NCBI GenBank assembly: GCA_038064195.1
Contig: JBBTTO010000003.1
Span: forward strand, 178,428 to 242,427
Length of the DNA stretch: 64,000 nucleotides
Source: Patescibacteria group bacterium
GTDB lineage: Bacteria > Patescibacteriota > Microgenomatia > Levybacterales > UBA12049
Reading direction: 5' to 3'
Shown here: in pieces, positions 38,954-47,902 of the stretch
Layout: the number at the start of each line of letters is the position of its first letter
Position numbering within the stretch: the stretch's first letter is position 1
The notes under the pieces: generated by a model
What the model saw: the letters and a program-made list of their open reading frames with translations, nothing else
The model's database searches: none
Told to the model about the DNA's origin: nothing
Program-made: the position numbers and the translations under genes

Positions 38954-39937
38954 ATGACCGGAAAGAAGAGCTTAGCTAAATCAGAAAACAAATCTATTTC
39001 TCTCCAGGAGTTTAAATCCCTCTTTTATCATCTTAATGCAAAGCCCGACTCTTCAATAAAAATCTTTAAAGAGTCGAGGAGAGTCCATAAGGAAGACCTG
39101 ATCGAACTAAATGAGAAAGTTGGCGAGAAGCTTAGCAACAATAACATAGTTGGGAGTTTTACCACCATTAAAGTCGCATTATCAGATAAGAGAATCATTG
39201 ATATTGCTACTTGGGAAGAGTTTCTTGAGCATATGTGGGACTATTCTTCGTATGTAACACATATTGATATCCAGTGGGATTTTAATATTGTTTTGCCTAG
39301 ATATAAATTACCACAGAGACATACTTTGAAGCTGAGAATAGGCTCTACAGTGAAACCAGGTGAGGCCCTGCAAATCCTTTTATCGACTGAAAGCGATATT
39401 GACGCAGAAGAATTAAGGGCTAAGGTAGTATGTAAAATTGATTATATTAATCCTGTTGTCTCTACAGAATTGCTCAATCTAGTAGAAGAATGGTATCTGG
39501 GATTGGAAAAAATCAGTGACCAAAATAAAGTTGTAGGTTTTTTTGTAAAACATGATGATGCGTTTACTCATGGATTTGAGTTGCTCTTCGATATCGGTGG
39601 AGTGCTGGTTGGGTATTCACTTGTTAGGGTAATTTTATATTTCAAACTATATTCTTCAGGCGAGAGTATTAGGGATATAGCTTTCTCCTTAGGGGTAATG
39701 TGGATAATTGTATACGCCTTTGGATACATTGGGAGGATGGTCTCCCGCAGAATTATAAAAAGCATTTCCAGCTTAAGAGATTATTCAATGTTTGAGATCA
39801 CAAAGGGAGACAAGAATAGGAATAAAGAGCTCAGTCGTAAAAATAATAAAGTAGTTAAGGAGATATTGATTGAATTTGGAGTTAGCGCATTTATCGATTT
39901 GTTACTCACAAGCTACCATATCTTCTTTAGGTCTTAA
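38954..39937 (+). CDS. Hypothetical protein with C-terminal TM helices (AT-rich)
   Basis: 327-aa ORF. Confidence 0.75.
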   Translation: MTGKKSLAKSENKSISLQEFKSLFYHLNAKPDSSIKIFKESRRVHKEDLIELNEKVGEKLSNNNIVGSFTTIKVALSDKRIIDIATWEEFLEHMWDYSSYVTHIDIQWDFNIVLPRYKLPQRHTLKLRIGSTVKPGEALQILLSTESDIDAEELRAKVVCKIDYINPVVSTELLNLVEEWYLGLEKISDQNKVVGFFVKHDDAFTHGFELLFDIGGVLVGYSLVRVILYFKLYSSGESIRDIAFSLGVMWIIVYAFGYIGRMVSRRIIKSISSLRDYSMFEITKGDKNRNKELSRKNNKVVKEILIEFGVSAFIDLLLTSYHIFFRS

Positions 39938-39980
39938 CCTGTTTTTGATATTAATCACACATAACAGTATAATTACAGCT

Positions 39981-40934
39981 ATGAAATATCAAATTTTGTT
40001 GTATTACAAATATGTGGCCGTATCTGATGCTGAGGCAGTTCGTAAGGAGCAGCGGGAGTTGTGTGAAAGATTAAACCTCAAAGGGCGAATTATCGTAGCC
40101 ACTGAGGGAATTAATGGTACGCTTGAAGGTTTGGTATCCGACACGGAGGCCTATATTCACGCGATGGAGGAGTCTGGATACTTCAAAGGTATTAATTACA
40201 AAAAAAGCCAGGGAACGGGGCAGGCTTTCCCTAAGCTGTCCGTGAAAATAAGACCTGAGGTCGTCACCACAGGGGTTTCTGGTTTGGATCCTACTCAAAC
40301 AACCGGTAAGTACCTGTCCGCTGATGAGTTGCATGTGTGGTATGAAGAAGGCAAAGAATTTTATGTCGTTGATATGCGTAATGACTATGAGTACGCTTCA
40401 GGCCACTTTGAGGGATTTGTCCCCTCGGGTCTTGCCAATTTCCATGATCTCAAACAGGTACTTCCCAAGATCCAACATCTAAAATCTAAAACCATTGTCA
40501 CCGTCTGTACCGGTGGGATTAGATGCGAAAAAGCCTCAGGTTTCTTACTCCAAAACGGCTTCAGTGATGTCTATCAATTAAAAGACGGTATCCAGACCTA
40601 TATGGAGGCATACCCCAATGAGCACTTTAAAGGCAAGTTATATGTTTTCGATAATAGATTAACCCTAGGGTTTAACGTTAACGATTCCAAACATGAGATA
40701 GTGGGGAAGTGTGATCACTGCAGTAAGTCCTGTGACAGCTACGTCAACTGTGCCTATAACGAATGCCACAGGCACTATATAAGCTGCTCAGAGTGTTTGG
40801 ACAAAGAGACAGGCTATGCTTTTTGCAATCAGGAATGTAAAGAGAATTATTTCAAAATCACCATTCACCACCGCGCTCAGCGCGGTTTGCACCCAGCTGA
40901 GCTGGGCCACAAGCGCGTCATTCCGGCGTTATGA
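39981..40934 (+). CDS. trhO: Rhodanese-domain tRNA uridine(34) hydroxylase (UPF0176)
   Basis: LLYYKY, EGINGT, DMRNDYE, CTGGIRCEKAS, GKLYVFD. Confidence 0.88.
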   Translation: MKYQILLYYKYVAVSDAEAVRKEQRELCERLNLKGRIIVATEGINGTLEGLVSDTEAYIHAMEESGYFKGINYKKSQGTGQAFPKLSVKIRPEVVTTGVSGLDPTQTTGKYLSADELHVWYEEGKEFYVVDMRNDYEYASGHFEGFVPSGLANFHDLKQVLPKIQHLKSKTIVTVCTGGIRCEKASGFLLQNGFSDVYQLKDGIQTYMEAYPNEHFKGKLYVFDNRLTLGFNVNDSKHEIVGKCDHCSKSCDSYVNCAYNECHRHYISCSECLDKETGYAFCNQECKENYFKITIHHRAQRGLHPAELGHKRVIPAL

Positions 40935-40982
40935 GGAGTTTGATTGTCAGGTTTTCTTACAAAAGTGTGGTATACTATGGCT

Positions 40983-41264
40983 ATGAAACTCGCCTCTCCA
41001 ACTCCCAAATGCTTTCAATGCGGTTCAATCCTGATCCAGATCAGCAAGATCGAGTCACACCCTGAAGGGTCGCTTTTCCCGCAAACGACCTCGATTTTTC
41101 GTTGTTCTAACGTCGAGTGCCAGGCTCAAAAGGACAAAGATGAGGCAAAGCGTATGAAGCTTCAGGAAGAGAAAAACGAAGCAGACAAAAATCGTGCCTC
41201 CCAACGGCAAAAACGCAGCGTGAAAGGAGCCTCAGAGATACTTGCAAAGCACTCTAATATTTGA
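40983..41264 (+). CDS. Small zinc-ribbon protein
   Basis: CFQC...CSNVEC plus charged helix; leaderless start. Confidence 0.7.
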   Translation: MKLASPTPKCFQCGSILIQISKIESHPEGSLFPQTTSIFRCSNVECQAQKDKDEAKRMKLQEEKNEADKNRASQRQKRSVKGASEILAKHSNI

Positions 41265-41286
41265 CCCCGATAGCTATCGGGGTTGA
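41261..41286. mobile_element. 18-bp palindromic micro-element with TTGA duplication
   Basis: ttga-ccccgatagctatcgggg-ttga. Confidence 0.6.
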
Positions 41287-41311
41287 CTATAGGTTAAATA
41301 TGTGCTATACT
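41283..41311 (+). promoter_or_regulatory. Sigma70 promoter of the DEAD-box helicase
   Basis: TTGACT-17 bp-TATACT. Confidence 0.7.
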
Positions 41312-41462
41312 ACACGCATGCAGATGGTACTGTCACGCCTCTGCTTATAAAGTTTAATTAGGTTTAGATAAAGATACCCTACTATTTATTTTTACTTCAG
41401 TATCTCCTAACTATTTACTCCACATTTAAGCAGAAGCGCGACAGTTTCATTAACATTTTTTT

Positions 41463-42692
41463 ATGCACCGTCACTACGCCAATTCCCGCTCTAATCGACA
41501 AGAATTCACCCGTCAGGCCCGCTCTCAGGGGCAGCCGGGTGGTAATTTTCGTGGCAATAGGGGACAACGCCCCGGGCGCGGCCAGCCCAAGCCACTTGAC
41601 GAACGTCTCTTTATCAATAAGGCTCAAGCTGTCGAAGTTGAGCAGGAGCCGGTAACGACAGTCAAATTTACTGATTTTCGCATTTCTGATAAATTAAAAC
41701 GCAATATCGCAGATCACGGCTATAGTACGCCGACTCCTATTCAGGAGCAGACTATCCCGCATTTACTTGAAGGTCGGGACGTCATAGGTATTGCCAACAC
41801 CGGTACCGGTAAAACAGCCGCATTTCTGATCCCATTGGTTGAAAAAATGACTCAGGATCGCAATCAGCGTGCGCTTATCATGACGCCTACCCGAGAGCTG
41901 GCGATGCAGATCTCAGATGAGCTGCGTATTTTTACAAAGGGCATGGAGATTGAGCACGTTTTGTGTATCGGAGGAGCCAACCTCCAGCGTCAGGAGAAAA
42001 AGCTCCATCATAATCCGCATTTTGTCATCGGAACACCAGGCAGGCTTAAAGATTTGATCAAACGTAAAACATTGAATTTGAATCTCTTTCAAAATATCGT
42101 ACTGGATGAGGTCGATCGCATGGTCGATATCGGTTTTATCCGGGATATCCAGTATGTTGTCTCGTTACTTCCCAAAATTCGTCAGTCACTATTCTTTTCA
42201 GCCACCATTGCTGATAAGGAGCGTGCTATTTTGAATACGTTTGTAACTGATCCTATTTCCGTATCGGTTAAAAAACGTGAGACAAGTGCCAATATCGATC
42301 AGGATATCGTGCGCGTCCGGCAAGGTGAGCAGAAAATTGATGTCTTACATAACTTACTGGCGACAGAAGGTTTTGATAAAGTTCTTGTCTTTGGTCGAAC
42401 CAAGTGGGGGATCGAGAAGCTGACACGAGCGTTGATTGATCGTGGCTTTCGCGCGGCTGCTATTCATGGTAATAAATCCCAGGGTCAGCGTCAGCGTGCT
42501 TTGGAGCAGTTTAAGACTAATCAGCTTCAGGTCTTACTCGCAACCGATGTAGCTTCACGAGGACTGGATATTGAGAATGTCTCACATGTCATCAATTTTG
42601 ACGCGCCTGCTTCATATGAGGACTATGTCCATCGTATCGGCCGTACCGGACGCGCGGACCGTCGTGGTGTCGCTTTGACATTTGTTAATTAA
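41463..42692 (+). CDS. DEAD-box RNA helicase
   Basis: PTPIQ, NTGTGKT, PTRELA, DEVD, SAT, HRIGRTGR. Confidence 0.95.
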   Translation: MHRHYANSRSNRQEFTRQARSQGQPGGNFRGNRGQRPGRGQPKPLDERLFINKAQAVEVEQEPVTTVKFTDFRISDKLKRNIADHGYSTPTPIQEQTIPHLLEGRDVIGIANTGTGKTAAFLIPLVEKMTQDRNQRALIMTPTRELAMQISDELRIFTKGMEIEHVLCIGGANLQRQEKKLHHNPHFVIGTPGRLKDLIKRKTLNLNLFQNIVLDEVDRMVDIGFIRDIQYVVSLLPKIRQSLFFSATIADKERAILNTFVTDPISVSVKKRETSANIDQDIVRVRQGEQKIDVLHNLLATEGFDKVLVFGRTKWGIEKLTRALIDRGFRAAAIHGNKSQGQRQRALEQFKTNQLQVLLATDVASRGLDIENVSHVINFDAPASYEDYVHRIGRTGRADRRGVALTFVN

Positions 42693-42728
42693 TTTTATCC
42701 TCAAAGATATAAGGTATAATTATTTTTT

Positions 42729-43865
42729 ATGGTGGATATACCTGTCGAGCCTATACCTATAGCCACACTCCCTCCTGACGATCCTAAGAAAAGATCACGA
42801 GTTATTTTGCTGTCTGTTGTTGTGGTTTTGCTTGGCATATTTTTACTGTTGTTCCGTTTTATCCCCTTACAACCTTCATCATCTCCCTCTCTTTTGAGTA
42901 AAACTGTTTCCTCTCCGACGCCTTTTCCTTTTGTGGAGATGACTATCCCATATCTGCGGGCGAGATCGTATACAAGTAGCTTGGGACAGAGAGAGCTTTA
43001 CTCACAAGGGAGTAGTTATACTTCATACTTGAGTAGTTATACCTCTGATGGTTTGAAGGTGAATGGTTTGTTAACCATACCAACTGGTAAGCCAGAGGAT
43101 TATGGTTGGCCCGCCAGCAACGCTTTGCGTAGCAATGCGGGCTGGCCGGCTATTGTCTTTATCCACGGCTACCTCTCGCCGACTCTTTACGTTACAACTG
43201 AACGCTACAACGACTATGTTGACTATTTGGCCCGGAACGGATTTGTCGTTTTTAAGATCGATCTGCGGGGTCATGGGGAGTCGGAAGGGCAAGCAGGGGG
43301 AGGGTATTTCGGCTCTGACTATGTCGTTGATGCACTTAACGCCAGAGCGGCTTTGCAGTCAGCGGATTTCGTCAATAAAGATAAAGTCGGTCTGTGGGGG
43401 CATAGTATGGCCGGCAATATCGTCATGAGATCTTTAGCCGTCAAGCCTGAGATCCCGGCAGCGGTGATCTGGGCGGGAGCAGTCTATTCATATACCGATC
43501 AGCGTAAATACGGGATCAATGATCAGAGTTACCGTCCGTCCGGGACTCCCACGCAACAAAATAGACGTCGAAGTGACCTCTTCCAAAAAGTCGGCAGTCC
43601 GAGCGCGACAAGTCCCTTCTGGCGTGAGGTGGCACCGACCAACTATCTAGCGGATCTCAAAGGTGCAATCGAGGTCCATCACGCACTGGATGATACTGTC
43701 GTCAATATCGGTTATAGCCGTGATCTTGTGACATTACTTGATCAAACAACCGTTCCGCATGAGTTTTATACCTATCCCTCAGGCGGGCACAACCTTGAGG
43801 GAGCGAGCTTTACACTCGCCATGCAACGGACAGTCGAGTTCTTCAAGAAATATCTTTCTCCATAA
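42729..43865 (+). CDS. Membrane-anchored alpha/beta hydrolase (S9-like)
   Basis: HGY, DLRGHG, GHSMAG, D...GGHN. Confidence 0.88.
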   Translation: MVDIPVEPIPIATLPPDDPKKRSRVILLSVVVVLLGIFLLLFRFIPLQPSSSPSLLSKTVSSPTPFPFVEMTIPYLRARSYTSSLGQRELYSQGSSYTSYLSSYTSDGLKVNGLLTIPTGKPEDYGWPASNALRSNAGWPAIVFIHGYLSPTLYVTTERYNDYVDYLARNGFVVFKIDLRGHGESEGQAGGGYFGSDYVVDALNARAALQSADFVNKDKVGLWGHSMAGNIVMRSLAVKPEIPAAVIWAGAVYSYTDQRKYGINDQSYRPSGTPTQQNRRRSDLFQKVGSPSATSPFWREVAPTNYLADLKGAIEVHHALDDTVVNIGYSRDLVTLLDQTTVPHEFYTYPSGGHNLEGASFTLAMQRTVEFFKKYLSP

Positions 43866-43936
43866 AGATTTTTCCTTACCTGTCTCTTACGTCTTTGTGA
43901 TCTTTAGCAGATTACTTATTGGTACAATGCAGCTCT

Positions 43937-44065
43937 ATGGCAGAAGTTAAATATACCTGTACACCCTGCGGAACTGACTTCAATGATCTGGAGTCACTTA
44001 ACCAGCATCAGTCTACACAGCACGCGACCAAAACTGAAGTTACTGTTGAAGGTGAAAGAAAGTAA
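43937..44065 (+). CDS. 42-aa C2H2 zinc-finger microprotein
   Basis: MAEVKYTCTPCGTDFNDLESLNQHQSTQHATKTEVTVEGERK; TACAAT 8 nt upstream. Confidence 0.7.
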   Translation: MAEVKYTCTPCGTDFNDLESLNQHQSTQHATKTEVTVEGERK

Positions 44066-44286
44066 CTGACTACTGACAACTAATATCTAATTACATACTA
44101 TATCTCTTGACGCGCTCATCTATATGTGAGTAGAGTAATAGTAATGCCCGTTCACTTGGGCTTTGGTATAGCCCGCAGACAGATTAATGTTTCCGGCAGG
44201 GATTTCACTGTAACTCCTCATCGAGGAGGGGGACTCCTTTTTCTTCAAAATTTTTTCCGACGAAACATACATATTACAAAACGAAA

Positions 44287-44339
44287 CCCGCTTTCGTTAA
44301 CCCCGATTGAATTGGGGTTAAAACTACGGCGGGCAAAGG
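44287..44339. repeat. Palindromic element carrying a nested 17-bp insertion
   Basis: cccgctttcg-ttaa-[ccccgattgaattgggg]-ttaa-aactacggcgggcaaagg. Confidence 0.7.
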
Positions 44340-44349
44340 AGGTGAGAAT

Positions 44350-44544
44350 ATGAAATCATTATTTATGGTAGCTACATGGCTTCTTGTTGTTGGCGGGTTG
44401 CTTTGGGGATATATGGGCGTAACTAATACCGATCTCCTTACTAACACTGTTGGCACGGGAGTTGCTGATATAGTTGAAGTCTTAGTCGGACTTTCAGCTG
44501 TTTGGGTCGGATACGTCATGCTTACCGGTAAGAAAATGAAGTAA
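44350..44544 (+). CDS. DUF378-like small membrane protein
   Basis: LLVVGGLLWG...LVGLSAVW; GGAGGTG SD. Confidence 0.75.
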   Translation: MKSLFMVATWLLVVGGLLWGYMGVTNTDLLTNTVGTGVADIVEVLVGLSAVWVGYVMLTGKKMK

Positions 44545-44604
44545 GTCGTGAGCCTGAACTTATAGTTTCCTCCTGAATTCCGCTTCGCGGGATGAAGGCG
44601 GATG

Positions 44605-44636
44605 AAAATCCTGCTTCTTGTAAGCAGGATTTTTTA
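44605..44636 (+). terminator. Intrinsic terminator
   Basis: aaaatcctgctt..aagcaggatttttt. Confidence 0.75.
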
Positions 44637-44695
44637 TTTACTGATTACTGGTCTCTGTTTTTTTGTTATTAATATGTGTTAGGATAGGGCAGTCT

Positions 44696-45352
44696 ATGCC
44701 CGAAAGCCTCAAAATAACTGTTGTCCGTTCACGTAGACGCAGTTTGTCTCTTCACATTGAATCCGACGGTACTGTCGAGGTTAGAGCGCCATTTTTTGCC
44801 CTGCAGCGTCATATCGATCAGTTCGTCAGGGAACATCGAGACTGGATTGATAAACATGTCCATAAAATACACATCGCCACCTCTTTAAAAGCTGATAATG
44901 AATATCTTTTTTTGGGCCAACGTCTCAAAGTGACTCCGGGTAACTATACAGAGATCAGGGTTGAGGGAGAGCATCTTTTTTTTCCTCAGTCACTCCTTTT
45001 TCGTAAGGAGAAAGAGATTGATCAGTGGTACCAACGGGAAGCGCGCAGACTTATCACAGCGCAGGTAGAGAAGTATAGTCAACAGATGGGGACTGAGTAC
45101 CGAGGTCTCACTTTTTCAGACACGACCTCACAGTGGGGAAGATGCAGCCATGATAATAGACTCCAGTTCAGCTGGCGACTCATCATGGCGCCCGTGCTCG
45201 TCCTCAACTACGTAGTCATCCATGAGTTGGCACATACTATGGAAAAAAATCACTCCAGAGCTTTTTGGTCAAAAGTCCGGCAATTCACCCCGTCATACAG
45301 ACAGCAAATGAAGTGGCTGAAAGACCACGGTCGCACCCTGCATAATGTTTAA
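44696..45352 (+). CDS. YgjP/DUF45-family metal-dependent hydrolase
   Basis: RSRRRSLSL, WGRCS, YVVIHELAH..EKNHSRAFW. Confidence 0.9.
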   Translation: MPESLKITVVRSRRRSLSLHIESDGTVEVRAPFFALQRHIDQFVREHRDWIDKHVHKIHIATSLKADNEYLFLGQRLKVTPGNYTEIRVEGEHLFFPQSLLFRKEKEIDQWYQREARRLITAQVEKYSQQMGTEYRGLTFSDTTSQWGRCSHDNRLQFSWRLIMAPVLVLNYVVIHELAHTMEKNHSRAFWSKVRQFTPSYRQQMKWLKDHGRTLHNV

Positions 45353-45355
45353 GTT

Positions 45356-45478
45356 TAAATCCTAAATTCGAAGCACGAAATTCTAAACAAATTCGAATTA
45401 CCAAATCCCAAAACTTTCAGACCTTTGGATTAAAATTTTGATATTATTTAGGATTTAGATATTGGGATTTAGGATTTT
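45356..45478. repeat. A-rich/T-rich inverted 7-periodic arms (gene-less)
   Basis: aaatcctaaattcgaagcacgaaattctaaac... / ...tttaggatttagatattgggatttaggattt. Confidence 0.7.
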
Positions 45479-45539
45479 GTTTAAGACTATATCTCTTGCG
45501 GTGATAATTCAGGTCTTGATAGAATAATAATTCGTTCTT

Positions 45540-46724
45540 ATGTTACGTCAGAATCGCAATTTGCTCATCATCGCCCTCATCGCAGTCGTTAATATGCTTG
45601 GCTACGGCATCATCATCCCGATCCTTTTTGCCTATTCACTCAAATTCGGCTTGAATGCTTTCCAGAACGGGCTGCTTTTTGCCGTCTTTTCAATCTGTCA
45701 ATTTATCTCAACCCCGATCATCGGTAGGCTGTCTGACAAATACGGTCGTAGACCTCTTCTTTTGATTTCGATTGTCGGTACAGCTTTGTCTTTTTTTATG
45801 ATGGCTTTTGCACCGAGTGCGATTTTCCTTTTTCTGGCGCGGGGACTTGACGGTCTGACAGCCGGGAATATCCCGGTGGCGTTTGCTGTCATTTCAGACT
45901 CTACCAAAGTGGAAGAGCGTGCCAAAGCCTTTGGCCTCATCGGGGCAGCCTTTAGCTTCGGATTTGTTTTCGGGCCGGCAATCTCCGGCCTCACTGCTGG
46001 CTACAGTCTCGCAATTCCCTTTATCATTGCCGGTGTGATCACGGTGATCGCGGCTGTCCTCACCGCACTTTTTCTGCCTGAGACCAATCAGCATATGGGG
46101 GAAGTGAAGAAGGAAAAATTATTTGATCTTCCCAAACTTTGGCATACACTTTTTGATCCCAATGTCGGAGTGACATTTATCATCACCCTAATTTTTTTCC
46201 TCGCATTTGCCTGTGCGATTCTGTATGGCTTCCAGCCTTTCACCATGGAGATTCTCAAGATCAGTCCCGCGCAAAACGCGCTCCTGTTCACGCTTTTCGG
46301 TATTGTCGGACTCATCTCCCAAACTTTCCTGGTGCAATTTTTCACCAAGCGACTCGGTGCGAAAAAAGCCTTTTCTATCTCTATTCTTCTGACAGCTGTC
46401 TCATTTCTCATCATGTTTTTCTCCAAAACGCTAGGGATTTTCATTGCCGGATCTCTTATCCTGGGCCTTTTCAATAGTATCGTTCAGACTTTGATCCCGA
46501 CCATCCTCTCACAAGAGACCGATGCCAAATCTCAGGGCTCAATCATGGGACTGAATGCCTCATATCAAAGTATCGGGATGATTTTCGGGCCGATCTTAGG
46601 TGGAGTAGTGGCTACAATTTCAATTCCATCACCATTTCTCGTCGGAGCGATCTTAATAATGGTTTGTTACTGGCTTTCCTTTAAGGTCCTTAGACCAGGT
46701 GTTGCTAAAGAGTCCGCTTTTTAA
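45540..46724 (+). CDS. MFS transporter (TetA/DHA1-like)
   Basis: GRLSDKYGRRP motif A; GFVFGPAISG. Confidence 0.92.
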   Translation: MLRQNRNLLIIALIAVVNMLGYGIIIPILFAYSLKFGLNAFQNGLLFAVFSICQFISTPIIGRLSDKYGRRPLLLISIVGTALSFFMMAFAPSAIFLFLARGLDGLTAGNIPVAFAVISDSTKVEERAKAFGLIGAAFSFGFVFGPAISGLTAGYSLAIPFIIAGVITVIAAVLTALFLPETNQHMGEVKKEKLFDLPKLWHTLFDPNVGVTFIITLIFFLAFACAILYGFQPFTMEILKISPAQNALLFTLFGIVGLISQTFLVQFFTKRLGAKKAFSISILLTAVSFLIMFFSKTLGIFIAGSLILGLFNSIVQTLIPTILSQETDAKSQGSIMGLNASYQSIGMIFGPILGGVVATISIPSPFLVGAILIMVCYWLSFKVLRPGVAKESAF

Positions 46725-46725
46725 G

Positions 46726-47121
46726 CTATTTTCCTTCATGGAGAACTTCGGGGAGCTCACGATCTTTGGGAATAAACTTGATGGAGAGAGAGTTCACACA
46801 GTGTCTGGTATCTTTATCAGTCATATGTTCGCCCTTAAAGACATGACCTAAATGGCCACTACAGTTGGCACAAAGTATCTCAGTCCGTCTGCCGTCAGCA
46901 TCTGTTTTCCTGACGACTGCGCCTTCGAAATGGTCATCAAAAGCCGGCCAGCCACACTGAGCGTCAAATTTGGTCTTAGCAGAATAGAGAGGATTGTTAC
47001 ATCTGCGGCAGATATACGTCCCGTCTTTGTAAAAATTGTCATATTCACCGCTGAAAGGCGCTTCAGTCCCTTTGCCCATGATGACGTGTGATTCTTCAGT
47101 TGTGAGGTCGTTATATGCCAT
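46726..47121 (-). CDS. msrB: Methionine-R-sulfoxide reductase
   Basis: GTEAPFSG, CGWPAF, HLGHVF, RHCVNS. Confidence 0.93.
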   Translation of the reverse strand: MAYNDLTTEESHVIMGKGTEAPFSGEYDNFYKDGTYICRRCNNPLYSAKTKFDAQCGWPAFDDHFEGAVVRKTDADGRRTEILCANCSGHLGHVFKGEHMTDKDTRHCVNSLSIKFIPKDRELPEVLHEGK

Positions 47122-47240
47122 GCTGAAAGTATAGCATTGTCAGTCGTCACTCGTATTCCCTCCATAGTTAAAGTTTTAGTAGTACCGTCTGTTGAGGCAA
47201 TCAAAAATCCATATTTCTATCATTGAATAAGCCTGTAATG

Positions 47241-47266
47241 TCAACCCCGATCAGATCGGGGGTCAA
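47241..47266. mobile_element. 18-bp palindromic micro-element with TCAA (TTGA) duplication
   Basis: tcaa-ccccgatcagatcggggg-tcaa. Confidence 0.6.
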
Positions 47267-47290
47267 TGATAATATAAGTGATCTATCTGT

Positions 47291-47860
47291 TTATTGATTA
47301 ATCGGTTGGGGAGAGAGGCTCCAGAGGTCAACCTGGGTACTATCAGTGTCCTTGGCGCAAACGGTGATGGATTGTGTTGATTTGTTCATTAGATCCTGAA
47401 AGGTAACTGAGGCAGTCGGGGAGATATTATAGGTGGTGGTGAGTGTGGACTGTTCGGTGCTGCCGCTGCATTGAGGGCCGCTCTGGAAATGGATTTGAGA
47501 ATAGACTGTCTGACTCGGGGTGAGTAAAAAAGTAGCTTGACCCTTCTTTCCCATACGTTTTGTCGTCAAGTTGCGGGCAGATGACAGGACATTAACGAAA
47601 TTGCTCCCGATGATATCACATTTTCCGGTTGAAGTATTTTGTATTGAAAGTATGCCGTAGATATTTCCAGCTGCCCCCTCAAGTTCGATCAGTGCTTTAA
47701 GGTTTGCGGGCTGACAAAAAGAAGAATCTTCATGGGGGGTAGAAACTGCTTTAGAAGGTGTAGGAAGCCCACTTCGTATATGTAACTCAGGTCCGTAGAA
47801 GAGATATATACCGCCTCCCAGTAAGACAAGAGCCACAAGAGCGAAAACTGCCTTTTTCAT
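47291..47860 (-). CDS. Exported protein (DUF4232-like)
   Basis: CQPANL...EGAAGNIY...NTSTGKC. Confidence 0.7.
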   Translation of the reverse strand: MKKAVFALVALVLLGGGIYLFYGPELHIRSGLPTPSKAVSTPHEDSSFCQPANLKALIELEGAAGNIYGILSIQNTSTGKCDIIGSNFVNVLSSARNLTTKRMGKKGQATFLLTPSQTVYSQIHFQSGPQCSGSTEQSTLTTTYNISPTASVTFQDLMNKSTQSITVCAKDTDSTQVDLWSLSPQPINQ

Positions 47861-47902
47861 AAGGGTATTGTACTTCCAAAGTCTATAGAGTGCAAAGACC
47901 TT

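Noticed and set aside
39944-39959. Crp-like box TTTGA-tattaa-TCACA upstream of trhO
   Set aside because: Coincides with a TTGATA -35 at 17-bp spacing and is not at -41.5; could be a repressing site but is not counted
44140-44245. c-di-AMP (ydaO) riboswitch
   Set aside because: Only scattered resemblance, with motifs in the wrong order
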